Assembly: GCA_002245135.1 (NCBI GenBank)
Contig: NGBS01001165.1
Location: 1-64,000, forward strand
Length of the DNA stretch: 64,000 nt
Direction: 5' to 3'
Origin: Proteromonas lacertae
Taxonomy: Eukaryota
In this document: in pieces, positions 12,422 through 27,112 of the stretch
How the letters are laid out: every line of letters begins with the position of its first letter
Position numbering within the stretch: the first letter of the stretch is position 1
Position numbers and translations under genes: made by a program
The notes under the pieces: model-generated
Told to the model about the DNA's origin: nothing
What the model saw: the letters and a program-made list of their open reading frames with translations, nothing else
The model's database searches: none

Positions 12422-15400
12422 TTATACATCTTCTTTCAGTTTATTTCCACTATCATTTTCTTTAACACCTTCATTGTTTTCGATTTCTTCTGGTAATCTC
12501 ATTTCAATTTTTTCCTCTTCCTTCTTAGATCCAACTTTAACTTCTTCATTTTTATCTTTATTTACATTCTTATCCACTTTCACATAACTACTATCATTTT
12601 TCTTCTTCTTACCATTTGGACTATTAACAGATGTTTTACTTTCTCTCATTCCTCTTACAGCACCAGTTTCTTCACTTTGTTGACTTGCAAAATAATTGAA
12701 GATTTGTTCTAATGTTGTTTGACTTAAACTATAATCTTGAATTCCATGTTCTTCTCTCAGTTCTTCAATTGATTTGAATGTTTCAGCCAAACTTAATGTT
12801 TGAACTGGAACTCTATATCTGAAGAATAATGGACCATTTCTTTCATTTAATTCAATATCAGGGAACTTTTCATTGAGTGCATTAAATAATTTATTATATC
12901 GATCTTCACATAACCACCAATCAGCGAATTTCATACTTTCAACAAAACCTTCTTTGTTTAAAGAAGCATCAATATACCAGCCACTTCCAAATTCATTTAA
13001 TTCATTGATTAAATCAGTTGTGTTAAGTAATTTACAATAATCGATTATATCATTTCTGTGTAATCGAGTTGTAGTTGTTGTATTTAATTTACTTAACAAT
13101 GCTTCTTTATCTTTCTCTTCATTATTCACTAATTTGATTTCTAAGGTTAAACCTCTTCCATATTTATTTCTTAAATGTTGAATAGAACCTAAACATCTTA
13201 ATCTTCCACCTACCATTATTCCTGCTCTAGTACATAATGCTTCAGCTTCTTCCATTGAATGTGTAGTTAAAATAACAGAACACTGTTTTCTTTCTGCACA
13301 AATATCGGATATTACTTCCCACATCTTTCTTCTACTTACTGGATCCATTCCTGTTGATGGTTCATCTAAGAATACTACTGGTGGATTTCCTATTAAAGCA
13401 ATTGCTAAACTTAACTTCCTTTGTTGACCTCCTGATAGTGTATAGGATTTCTTATTCTCATGACCAGCTAAATCTAACTGTTTTAGTTTCAATTTAATGA
13501 TTTTATCACGTTTATCTTTAGGAATTCCTTTGATTCGAGCAAATAATTCTAAATGTTCTTGGACAGTTAATAAATCTAATAATGCATCAAATTGAGGACA
13601 ATAACCAATCAATCTTCTCACTTTCAAAGCTTCTTTCAATATATCTAAACCAGCAATAGAAGCAGTACCACTTGTAGGCGTATAATCACCACTTAATATC
13701 TTTAATGTTGTTGTTTTACCAGCTCCATTAATACCTAAGAATCCAAAACATTCACCTTGAGGAATTCCAAACCATAAATCATTGACAGCTACTTTCTTAC
13801 CACCATACACTTTTCTCAATCCTTTGATTAACACAGCATCACCTTTAGCACCAGCTTTAATTCTATTTTCTTCAGCTATTACATCATCATCACTAATATA
13901 ATCTGTTTTCTTAACATCTTGTTTGAAGAAACAAGTTCTACAAGATGGAAAACTATAAGCGACATCAATAAAGATAGTTAAAGCAGAATATATCACAAAT
14001 TCACATAACATATAAATCAAATTCTTTTCAATCGCTTTGAATTGTTCAACTGGAGTTCTCCATTTAAACATCATTAAAATATCCAAGTTTCCTTCTTCAT
14101 ACATACCACAGAAATGATCCATATAATCTAAGAAGTTTAATTGTGATAATCTGATAAGTCCATTTCCTAAAGCAAAACCAGGAAATAACATGAAAATATA
14201 AACTAATTTCTCCATCACTAAACAAACACCTGTTAACATTTGCATAGCAAAAGCTGCAAATATCAAAATAACCATAAAGAAATTCCAAAATAAAGTTGCA
14301 TTTTGTGCTGATGAGTGACTTTGGAATAAATTACATGTAAGATATGTAAATGGTGTAACTGATACAGCATATGCAATAAATAACACGACAGTAGCAGGCC
14401 AACTAGTACTTGCAGTCATACTATCAATACCATAGATTAACATCACTAAGAAAGTACCAATAATTGGAATAACAAACATTAATACATCCCAAATGAAGGT
14501 AGAAGACCAGTAACTAAATATTGTTACACCACTGATTAACTGTTGATGTTTTACACCAGTTTCTCTTTCTCTCACTACAAATACAGCGAAATATGCTGGA
14601 ATAAAAGCCCATGAAATCACTAAGAAGATAGTAACCATAGTACCCATTGTACTATCAATTTGCATATCAGAAGTAGCTGTAGCTGGTAATGGATGTGAAT
14701 GAGTAGTAATTGTTTTATGACGGAATAATTTGGATAGTCCAGAATTGACTAAATTCATTAATATTGCAGAACCATGAACACTTGTTGTATTAGTAAAAGC
14801 AGAATAAGAATATTCTTCATCAACAAATGAAATATTGTAAGAATCAACAGCACCATAACAACTTTCTTCTGTTTTGTTGGTTGTAAGTAATAAGTAGTTT
14901 GACATTGCTAAATCAGTTCTCCAACGAAGTAATTCTGGTTGTGAAGCAGTATTCTATATATGTAAAATAATAAATAAATATATATATTATACATTTGAGG
15001 AACAAAATTCAGGAATACCTCTAAAATATCCATCTTCTAATTGTTCATATAAATGATCTAATCTACACAATCTTACATAGAAATATTCAGTTGCATTGAC
15101 TGGTTCAATAACTACTTGACTTTGATCCATATTTTTAGCCACTTGCATGGCTTCTTCTGATATATTGTGGAATGGAAGTGTAGTTGTTCCTTGACGAGAT
15201 TTCGTTGAAACATAGGGATTGTAATAGGATGTATCTAATTTCATACTATTAAAATAATAAATAAATATATATATATATAATATTATACTCTGGATATTCA
15301 CCAATAGGAATAAATGACAATATCTGACAACAAATTAACAACAAAACAATAGGAATAATTATCTGGAAAAGTAAAGCTTTTATATCTCTCTTTGTATATC

Positions 15401-18400
15401 TCCATCTCTTCAATATCAAAGCATAGAAATGTGACCAAAATAAATTTGGAGTTTCAGCACTCTTTTTTAAGAAATAATCATTGGAAGTATCAAATCGTTG
15501 AAATACTGATGATGATCTACTTAATGTACGTTTTCTAGCAATAATTGATTCTTTATAAAGTTCCTGTGGATCTGGATCTTCATTACTTACACCAGGAATA
15601 CCACTTCTTCTAATAATATCTGGTAAATCTTCCACTACATCATCTGCTTCACTATTATCAGAAGATGGACTTTTTTTATTATCATTTCCTTCTTGTAATT
15701 TTGCTCTTTTAATATCCAATTGGGATGGTTGTGGTAATTCATCTACCATTGTTCCTTTTCTTGATCCTTTCTCTTTTGTATCTGGTTCAGATGGCTTTTT
15801 ATCACTATCTCTACTCTTATCAGAGTTATGGTCTTCATTGGTTGGTTCTTTCGTCATTTCTACTGTTGGTGATACAGGTGGAACTTCACTATTACCATCT
15901 ACTGATTGTTGTTGTTGTTGTTGTTGTTCTAGTGGTGGTGGTGGATTATTATATGCAACTTCCATATTAACTTTCTTATTATTATTACCTTTTCTTTTAG
16001 ATTTATTCTTTCCTTTTATTTCTGTTTCATCTTCACCATTCAATTGTTCTGTTAATTCTGCAGCTTTAATAAACACTTCTTCTAAAGTTGTTACACCAAC
16101 ACCGTAACTTTCAATACCTAATAATTCTCTATTCTCATCAAACTTTGTGAATAAATTATTGAATTTCTTCGTAGCTGTATAAGGTAATTGAAATGATATT
16201 TCTTTACCAACATCACCTATCAAAGAAGCATCTGGTATTTCTCTTCGAATTATATCTGTTAATTCATCTTCTCTACAATCATCATTTTTCACAATTGTTA
16301 AACAATAACCTTCACCAAAAGTTTGTTTTAAGAAATGGCTTGTACCTGAACAGAATAATTTACCATCAGCCATAATAGCAATTCGATCACTTAATAAATC
16401 AGCTTCATCCATAAAGTGTGTTGTCAATATAATAATTCTTCCATTTGTATTATTTTGTATTAAATTCCAAGTGCTTCTTCGTGAATAAGGATCCATTCCA
16501 CTGGTTGGTTCATCTAAGAAAATAACTTTACTATCACCTGTTAATGCAATTGCTACAGACAATTTCCTCTTTTGTCCACCTGACAATGAATCAGATCTTG
16601 AATTTTCTTTTTCAGTTAAACCAACATCTGCAATAATACGTTTAATTTCATCACGTGATTTCTTTGAAGATATTCCTTTTACACCACTGTAGAACTCCAA
16701 ATGTTCTTTCACAGTTAATTCTGGGAATAATACATCATGCTGTGGACAAATACCCATTATCTTCCTTATTTCATGCATTTGTGTAAATACATCATATCCA
16801 TATATCTCAGCTTCACCACTATCTGGTTGTAACATACCTGACATCATACCAATTGTAGTTGATTTACCAGCACCATTGTGACCTAATAATACAAATACTT
16901 GACCTTCGTGCATAGTCATATTTAACTTTCTTACTGCATGATTGATTGTTCCATCTGCTCGTTTGAAATCTTTACTAATTCCTTGGATTTTGATACATTT
17001 CTTTAGTTTTTCTAATTCTAATAGTTCTGCAGAAAGTGGCTCTATTCTTTTACTTGGTTTTAATTGAGTATCTTCTTTTTGTTTATTTGAATCATCTTTT
17101 TTAACCTCTGAATTGAACCAATAAGATGGCATTAAGAAAAACCAAGGTGGATATGTTTTACCAAACTCTTTAGGCCAGACATGATCTAAATACCAACCTA
17201 ATATCCAATATACAATAGTATCACAGATTAACATCCAAAATGATTCATTGAATCTAAAGTTAAAGTGAAATTCATTAGCTGTTTGACTGGTTATTCCAAG
17301 ACCAGCATCTGAGAAGATTATCAAATGGTTTAAACCCAATGAAAATGCAACAGATGGAAGTAAAGATGCTCCCAATTTTGCACTATGAGTTGTATGGTTT
17401 TGATAAACACCATAAAATGGGAAAAATGTAACAAACAATAAAACTGGACCAATAATACAAGCAGTTTTAGCTTTAGAAAAGAAAGTGGATAAGAAATAAC
17501 AGATTGTTGTTAAAGCTATTCCATATAATTCCAATAATAAGAATAAATAACCAGGGCTTGATATATCAAATACTTGCATGAAGATAATCATTCCAACTAT
17601 AGCAACAAAAGTGAATTGTATAACATATATAATAATCCATGAAAGTGGTAATGTAGATTCTACTAATCCCATAATATTCATTTGTTCTCTAATTCTAAGT
17701 TCCTTTTCCACAACAATACTTCTAATTAAGAAGGAACAAGGTACTAGAAATGCTAAAATACAAAGTAATGGTAAGAATGAACCAACTTGAGTGAAGAAAG
17801 GATTATCATCATAAGGTCGAGTTGGAAATGGAGGAATATTCACATCTTGAGGCATTAATCTTTCAGCTTGAACAAAGGCTTCAGCATCAGCCCATATTTC
17901 AGATGTTTCATTAGTAAATTCTCTCTTTATATCATCAAAATAGGCATTAATTACCTGTTCTTGGATTCTATAGGAATGGAAGAATTTGGAGACTATTTTT
18001 TCATGTGAAAGTGGGTTAAAGGCTGTTTTATTGATTAGATATCTGTCCACTAATAATTGCAATGTTAAAAATCCTTGTGAGGAGGTATATAGATCTAATT
18101 CCACTACTTTATTAGTATGATAATCTTCTTCAGGCAAAGGAAAACTTTCTGCTTGCTGCCTGTATTTTTCTATATTTTCACGTGTAATTCCTGAACTAAT
18201 GATATTCACAAAATCTGATGGATAATTGGTTGATGGGATTAAACTGGAATTCATTCGAATTTTGTAATCATACCCATCAACTACCAACGGATTGAAATAT
18301 ATTGCAGCATATATTTCAGGATGTCTTGCAGATCCATAATCAGGTGATAATACATAACTATTAACAATAGAAATTGAAATAAATTATACTCTTCTAATTC

Positions 18401-18973
18401 CCTTTCATTTTTCATCATTTTTATTGCATTTTTAAAACTTGGGACATTCAGCATATCCTTTTCTACTGCATTGTAACTATCTGGAAGGTATTTACTAAAA
18501 TTGAAACCTGGATAGATTTTATCACACTCATCTACAAACCTTCTGGTGAAAGAATTATCTGGATATATTACAATTTTTCTATCTGTATGCCTTAAATGCA
18601 TTGGAAGATCACCAAATGGTATGACATCGTAAGAAAATGCAACATAACTATGAGTAATGTAAATATGCATTGATAATATTATTATACGTATTTTCTACAT
18701 AATTTGTGATTGTTAAAACTTGTTGTATTATATAAACTATAAGAAGCAGCAATATTGGTATAATCTAGCCGATAATAACTATTTCTATTGATACTATTTC
18801 AACTAATGTTCTAATCCAATGTCTCCACTTGATAACAGCTGATTTCCAAAGTAACAAACTTAAATGCAGAAAGAAGTCGTGAACAAAACCTATGGCGTAA
18901 TAGTTAAAATATCCATACCTGTCTTTCTAATCTCAATAGGCTTTTCTTCTTTATCTATAATTACATTTGTCAT
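12422..18973 (-). CDS. ABCA: Full-size ABC transporter, subfamily A
   Basis: Two TMD-NBD halves. Walker A GHNGAGKST and GINGAGKTT, signatures LSGGQKRKLS and LSGGQQRKLS, DEPTSGMDP and DEPSTGMDP, ABCA-type EKELRIREQM and TTLEEVF/TTLEQIF motifs. Short introns near 18890-18918, 18660-18688, 18350-18387, 15248-15287 and 14955-14990. Confidence 0.96.
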
Positions 18974-19327
18974 GATTAATTTTTTTTAAAACACTTTATA
19001 AAGTGAGGTGACACAAACATATGAAAAAAGCTTGAAATGTGAAATATTGTCGTATTTTGTTTCTGATCAGTTTTGGCAAAGAATAAAGATCTTAGCTTTT
19101 ATATGTTCATGTTAATATTCGATTAAAGAAGTTAGGGAGAAGAAAGTGAATGTTTGACATTAAGCATCCTTATACAATTCGTTATTTTCACTCTCTGTGA
19201 ATTTATTAACTGTATTAATATCTAACTGTGTAGTAATTTTGTAGTTTTCTTTCTGATTTACTTAATTAACACACAACAAGCGATATAATTTATACAAAAT
19301 AGTAATATAAGTATGTTATATTTGAAT

Positions 19328-22300
19328 TTACTTAGGAGTTGCCTTTTTTGGCTCTTCCTTTTTTGCTTCATCTTTCTTTGGAGTTGGTGCTTTACCTTCA
19401 GGTTTCTTTGCATCACCACCTTTCTTCACTTCAACCGCTGATTTTTTCATTTCTGGTGATTTAGCTTTCGATGTAGTATCTTTCTTTTCTGATGCATCAC
19501 TAGTATCACTCAATACATAGCTTGCACTGGATCTATTGTTATTGGATTTACTAACAGGTTTAGCATCATCAGTAGAAGGTTTATTATCACTACTTCCATC
19601 TTTCTTTTCACTTCTACTCATCGAACTTTGACTTATAAACTTCTTACTTATTGAACTTGTTTCACTATTTTCCCCATTATCTTTATCAGCAACAGATTCT
19701 GGATTTCTAGCTGTAGAATAAACACTTGATTTAAGTTGACTTTTTCTTTGTTCTGGTTTAGAAATACTATCATCTCCATTACCAAAGTCAGTAGATTCTG
19801 TTTCACTTTGATTTGTATGAGAACCAATATGTGAAATGTGAGTTTCATTTGTGCTCTTCTTTGCCATTGAAGATATTCTACTTTTATTTCTCAATGAGTT
19901 GTTGTAATGAGCTACATATTGTTTGAGTGTATTTGGATCAGCTTCTTGAAGTGTAATTGAGACGAATAAATCCTCCCAAATGGATGTTAAAACGTGAATT
20001 GAATGACGTCTAAATGAATGCATCAATTCTTGATCTTCTTGAAGTAACCAGAAGTAATCTGAATGGATAAATTCTTCGTATAAATGTTTCTCAATAAAGG
20101 AATTCATTAAAGCTTGTTGTAGTTTGGCAAATGCATTATTATTCTAATTGAAAATAATTATATTATATTATATATATATATATATACAGATTTGCCCATT
20201 TCACTATTAATTTCTTCAGTAAGATTTGGATTAGCTTGTGTTAAATCTTTTGCTACATTTGTAGTATAATTTGTAAACAACAACTTTTCATTATCTCTCA
20301 GTTTATTTACATCCATTATTACTTTATGTTTTTCAATATCATCATATAATTCACCACTATTTTAATAATAATAATAATAATATACTATCCAGTATAACTC
20401 TTTCTATTAAGGAATACTGTGAATAAAGCACTATCTAATTTATTTTCTAAAATCATTCTAAGATGTTTCTTGGAATAGTCTGGTTTTAATAAGAAATCAG
20501 ATACTTTTCTATCTCTCATCAATTTATTCTAATAAAAACATATATAAATATATATATATACAGTTGTTAAGAATGGTAATATTACCATCCAACCACAAAT
20601 ATAATTAATAATAAATGCATAAATATAAAAAGACTGTTGATCTTTTTCTAATACAAACATTGGTATTTCTAAACATCCATAAATAAAAGAACATCCAACA
20701 AAGTATAAGTGCAATCTTCTGAAATAAAATGATAATGAGTTTCTGAATCTCCATATACCAATTAATAAATAAAGAACTGATGCATACTATGTAGAAAATA
20801 ATAATTATATATATATATATACCAATTCACATATAATTACATAAATTTGGTCAAAATTTTCACAATAATAATACCATATTGGATTTGGTTCATGAACTTG
20901 ATCCAAATAAGAAACATTGTCAATTGGTGAAGAGATGATATTAAACACTGCAATTAAAAACACCAAAATTAAAATAAAACATAATTCAATTCTATAAAAG
21001 TCCTTAGTATATTCCAATCTCTTAATTCTATTTCTTTCTTCTTGGTAGGCCTGAACTGGAATCATTATCATTGAAAACAACACCAATGTATGGAAGAATG
21101 TAAATGTTCTACACAATCCAATAGTTGGTTTACCAATATAAAACATACCATTTAAAAAGAATAAAATAGAAAGTATTAAATAACTCATATTGATGTATGG
21201 TAAACAAGCAATATCCCAATATCTAATTCTTCTTGCAATCTTTACTATCATTGATAATACAATCAAAATAGTCAAAACTCCAAGTACTATAAAAACTACA
21301 CCAATTGCACTACTTGGACTTATATATATATCAGCAGTATCAGATATATAATCCCAAGATGGTGAATCAACAGATGGACAGTGATTGTCACCATTACAAC
21401 CAGGTAAATCGATTGGACCAATTGCACTGAAGTAAATTCCACCTCTATTAATTCATATATATATTATATATATATATATTATATATACGTATTATTTGGT
21501 AATAATTGTCCTAGTCCTCCTTTCTTTACTGAATTAATCCACAAGTCTTCCTGCACTTCTATTTCTCCATAGAAACTATACCAAGTCTTACATTCACCAC
21601 TACATTGATTAGCATCACACGGTGTAACATCATATTTACTATTAGTAGAACATGTCTTCAAATTGGTCATCTTCTGTACGAATTCTACTACTTTTTGTTG
21701 TTTGTACCATTCATTTCCTTCAGCTCCTTTGGTTACTTCTAATAATCTTTGAATACTTAATCCAATTGCAGTTCCTTCAGCATAATGTTCATAGTCTCCT
21801 TCCATTATTACATCTCCTTCATTAAATAATTCACTGTTATCAAAACTATTTATATAAATATATATATATATATATATATACAAATTGGATGATAATTTTG
21901 ATTCTAAGAATTCTACATAATCGGATGATGTTCCTATATACATTCCTGTAGTTCCATAACCCATAGTACCTGTAAATATAGTAGAAGCGTGATAATATAA
22001 TGTATTTTCATTATTCGCTAATGGATCTATTCAAATAATATTATAAATAAATATATAAATAAATATATATATACATTCAATTGTATTATGATAATCCAAA
22101 CCAACAACAATCCTTGGAGTATATTCAATCTCTTTAATCATTCTAATAAAATTCACTGCATTACTTCCACTAGCAATAAATAAAGCATCAGGTGATAAAC
22201 CTTTGATATAATTCATCCACAATTTCAAATTACTAATTGCTCTATATTTAATAGGAGTGTTAAAATTAACTCGTGGAAATGTACAAGTTTCACCTGTATT

Positions 22301-23135
22301 ACAGTCTTCATCAGCATTACATGTTTTACCATATATATTATTCATACTATTAGAACATCTTAATTGGATTAAATTGATTTTATTATTTTCATCATTACCA
22401 AATAGTTTGATAAAAGCTGTAACTTCATCTACTTTATCTGATTGTAATGTATTATCACCAATTATAAATAATGAATTTACTTTATATTTACTAGTTAATA
22501 CTTCATACAAACCTTTGTGCTTATAATCAATTCTTACCAATCTATTGACATAATAATAGATAATACAGATAAAATACGGTGTATAACCAACAGTTGGTGT
22601 TGTTCTATAAAAATCATCATCTATACTGTATCCTCCTATTGTTAATATCTTGAAATCCTGTTGATCTCTGACTTTGTTAAGTGTACATTCTGTTTCTGAA
22701 TATCCTATTGGACTTATCAGTATATGAGGCTTTTTATCATCACTTAATCTTGAGATTCCTTCAATCCAACTCTTTATTGAGTTGCATATGGCAGTCTTGT
22801 CAGCATCACCATCAAGCAACTTAATTTTCAGACACACTTTCTTTCTTTTTATACATGGACCATCGGAAGCTTTATTCCCATCTATACATATACCACCTAT
22901 TTTATTTATATATTCCTTCCACAAAACTAACCCAGCTGCCTTCTGCTTGTCTAAATGAGATAAAATATAACAACAATACCGTCAAGGGCATATTCACCTA
23001 ATTCATTTATACCAATATCAATTATTAATGAGTCACTATCACAAGTAGTACTAAATAAAGGATTCTGAACTTCACAGTTAGCATTAAATAAGGTAATTAA
23101 CTAAGGTATTAATAGATTATGATATATACAATCAT
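19328..23135 (-). CDS. Class-C-like GPCR (Venus-flytrap + 7TM) fused to an RGS domain and a Ser/Lys-rich tail
   Basis: N-terminal GLVLWKEYINKIGG and DALFIA (type-I PBP fold). Seven hydrophobic segments at ~21310-20560, including YIGKPTIGLCR and an ECL2 Cys (YYYC). Then LRMILENK..LYSQY..EKE and AFAKLQQALMNSFIEKHLYEEFIHSDYF (RGS-like). Exons joined by short GT-AG introns. Start codon tentative. Confidence 0.7.
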
Positions 23136-23349
23136 TATAAGTAATTTATGTATGTTATTCATCCTCTAATACAATTAAATATGAATAACGAAAAATGTTT
23201 CTCAAACGAATCTATTTTTAATATCAGATTTTTTTATCTTCTTCAAATGAGCTGTTTACGAAGGTTAAATGTATTGAAGTGTTATTGAAGAATTACAACA
23301 GAACAAAAGGTAAAACAAAGACATGAAATATTTATAACATTTACACTTT

Positions 23350-24152
23350 TTAATAACTATCTAATCCTATAAAACGACGTTTGTAAGAATTATTATCATA
23401 ATTACTATCATCAGTTCTTTTACGCTTAGATTTCTATGGTATAAGTAATATTGAAGAAATACATCGCTTATCGACAAGTTAGACATTTCCTCAATAGCAG
23501 ACGAGGGAGATTTAATGTCTAGTATTGGAGAAATGGAATCACATATTCTTCCAAGCTTTTTAGGAGTTGGAGTAACAGATTCAATTGAACTGGAGGTAGA
23601 TTTATACATTATTGGAGTTTCTAAAGATTGTATTGGGAATTTCTAAAAAAAATTATTCATTGTTTTTATACTGTGAAGTAGTTATCTATTTGATTATTGC
23701 GAAGTGGAGTTTGAAATTCACTTTCAAACTGTCTCTTCAAATGTATTGGACTCTATATTATAATATAACATAAAATCAAAACATACATCTAAACTTTTAC
23801 AACACATTTCTGATAAAAAGGCAACATCTTCATAAACATCACTATCATCTGAAGAATCACCCTCTTGATAATCAAACATTCTATCTATTGATGGAAAATT
23901 GTTTCTATTGTTTGAGGAAGAGAAAGGATTTGATATTTTTATTTCATCCTAATATTTTTATATATTAAACTATGAATACATAATCTTCATCCGAAAATGA
24001 ACTAAAATATATATAAATATTCTTATATACTCTTGAATTGAGAAAGAGTCACAATCGTCTTGAGATAAAAACTCCCTCATCAATACCCTTCTTGAATTGC
24101 GTTTCTGTTGTGCCTGTGGAGATGTGTAATCAGAAAAAAATCCTTTATTCAT
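23350..24152 (-). CDS. Hypothetical disordered Ser/Pro-rich protein (multiple SP/TP sites, basic C-terminus)
   Basis: Spliced ORF chain from MNKGFFSDYTSPQ to KSKRKRTDD..KRRFIGLDSY*, with several ~25-30 nt introns. Confidence 0.6.
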
Positions 24153-24307
24153 TAGTTTATCGTTAAAAATTTGAATTTGAGTTTTTTCAAATTTTTGAAT
24201 TATCTAAACTGTTCAGATATTTAAATTATGTCATTTATTTTTATGTTCAAAGAAATAATTATAAAAGTTACTAAATATTTAAATCAAAAAAAACAAAAAA
24301 AATCTCA

Positions 24308-25434
24308 TTACAATTTCTTTACAATCTGCACAACATCTTCATCCTCTAGTACATGATCCTTCCCAACTTTTTGTGGTTGATACTTTACAGATCTTCCCCA
24401 TACCCAAGCATATTTCTATCAAAATAACACAATAATAAATATACGAATTCCTTCAACAATGTCTTGTGCAACCTATTACAAAATTCTGCTATTGTTGGAT
24501 TAGAAGAGTGTAAAATAACTGGTTCATTATAATCTGGTATTTGTCCTTTAGGTTTAGTGTATATTCTTCTCATATTACACATTTCCCATACTTTTTCCAA
24601 CAACTCATCCATATTCCATTCATGTCCTGCTGAAATTGGCACACAATATGGTATTTGCACTAGTAAGTCCAATTCTTCAATGGATATCTGATCTATTTTA
24701 TTTAATACATACAAACAAGGCATGTACACTCTATTACCTTCAATTACATCAATTAAATCATCAACAGTTGCAGCACAACGAGCAGTAACATCAGCATTGT
24801 GTATTTTATATTCATGCAAAATAGCTGTCACTAAATCTAAGTTCAACTCAGTATCTTGACTTGTTGATTGAAACGAAACTCCTCCTTTATCTCTTTTACG
24901 GAATACTATATGTGGTGGTTCTTTATTTAATCTAATACCAAAACCACTTAGTTCCTTTTCTATTTTTCTTTTATGAGTTAATGGCTTTAAACAGTCTAAA
25001 ACAATCATTAACATGTTGCAAGTTCTAGCTGTACCAATAATCTGTCTACCTCTACCTTTACCATCTTTTGCACCTTCAATAATACCTGGTAAATCTAAAA
25101 TTTGGATTTTTGCTCCTTTATAATGTAACACACCGGGAATACAAGTCAAAGTAGTGAACTCATAATCAGCAACTTCTGAAAATGTTCCAGTCAGCTTATT
25201 AAGAAGAGTTGACTTACCAACTGATGGGAAGCCAATAAGCCCAATACGAGTATCTCCTGATTTAGTTACATCAAAACCCTCTCCAGCACCACCACCACTT
25301 TTAGGCATCATGATTTCTCTTCTCAATTTAGCTAATTTAGCTTTTAAAAGACCCAAGTGCTTTTCAGTTGCTTTATTCTTTTGAGTCCTAGCAATTTCTG
25401 CTTCGATCTCAGCCACCTGTTGAACCAAACTCAT
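24308..25434 (-). CDS. DRG1: Developmentally regulated GTP-binding protein 1 (Obg family, TGS domain)
   Basis: [61 protein letters not shown]. An intron near 24418-24444 leads to the final exon ..[10 protein letters not shown]. Confidence 0.95.
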
Positions 25435-25607
25435 TATTTTTATGAATGAATTTTAAATAATACTTAGTCAAAATAGAATTTAATTGATATAATATTAGCA
25501 AATAAGATCAATTATATCTATTCTGACTTATCTTAGAAGTTTTTGAATTTATCTCTTCGCATTCAATACATTGTATATGTTATAAATATAATTCCAATAG
25601 CATAACA

Positions 25608-26531
25608 ATGCCAAACCCAGGAAAATATGGAGATATAGGCAACGAAGCCAAAAGTATCAACAAATTATTTTATAACTTCTCCTATAGAGTTAATCGAAGA
25701 TGATTTCTTCAAAGATTTGAAAAGTAAAGTTGTTTACAAACACCCATCTGGAATAGTATGCTTGTTTTTTTTAGTTTTTAGACATTTGAAACAGAATGTG
25801 CATCAAATGGTCAAGTTGATAAGACATTAGCTAAAGGAACATTAAAATACAATATTCCACAAATGGGAATTGATGTCAAGAAATTTTCTTACGATACAAA
25901 ACATAATACTGCATGCGAAGTAGATTTAAAGGGCTTAGTCAAAGGTACAACATTTACTCTTCGTTCAAAATGCTTAGTCCCAGGTGATTTCCAAAAAGCT
26001 GATGTAAAGTTAGGAGCAATTTACAAGGACAGAGCAACAGAAGTAGAAGCAGATTACAATGTCATTTCAAATGTTTTCTCCGCAAATGGTTTCTACAGAT
26101 ATCAAAATTTAGCATTAGGTTGTTCAGGTGAACTTGTCTTATCCAATGAAGCTCCATTAAATCCACGAAAGGTCGTATTCGGCTTATCATATATCGAGCC
26201 AGCTTATGAACTCTCCACTAAGTTTGAAGCTGATAAGAAAGTGTTAAATATCTTAGCATTTTACCAAGTTGATAGATTAACATCCGTTGGTTTAAGATTA
26301 GCTAAAGGATTAGAATCCTCCTCTGATATTCCAGTAGATATCGCTGTTAAACATGCTGTAGGTAAAGGATTTGTTAAAGCTAAAGCTGATAGTAGAATGC
26401 ACTTAGGTTTATATACTGAACAAGCTGTTTCACAATGGATGAAAGTTAAAGTATCTGGTGATGTTGATATGAAGAATGTATCTGATGCTAATGCTTATAA
26501 ATTCGGACTTGGAGTTGAAGCTACATTTTAG
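25608..26531 (+). CDS. VDAC: Mitochondrial/MRO outer-membrane porin (VDAC)
   Basis: N-terminal P.KYGDIGNEAKELIEDDF helix, alternating beta-strand pattern and C-terminal YKFGLGVEATF beta-signal. Two introns (~25654-25687, ~25756-25781). Confidence 0.88.
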
Positions 26532-27112
26532 ATAAGAATTCAGAATATATAAAAAAAACAGCTAATATATTCATATTTCAATATTAAATTTTGTTTGTTT
26601 TTGTTATTGAGTAGAAGATTAATTCTTCTATTCTATAATCTTGTAGTATTATCTGTTAATTATTTAATTACGAACAATTCATATTTTGATAATTGTGATA
26701 TACTAAGCATATTTCATTATAAACCTAAAATACAACAAATCAGTTTAATTCCAACATTTTATGAATTGTACCTCTTCATTATGACATAATTACTTGATTC
26801 ATCATAAAAATTAATGAAAATTGACTATATCTCGATTGAACTATCAATTGTGTTTTTATAAGAAGAATGAACTATCACTAATAAGTTGAGCTGCATTTAA
26901 TATGCTAAATAATATTATCGCAAAATCGAAGCATTTGTATCGAAGATTCTAGAACATGTTAATGAGTTTATATAAATGTATATTCTGATGTAATAATGTA
27001 GCTCATTCCAGATTAGTGTGGGATACAAAATAGAATAAATCATAACTCATCAAAATGAAATGAATAAGTCATGTGATTTGTCATATGATTTTTTTTTATC
27101 ATTAAAATTTCA

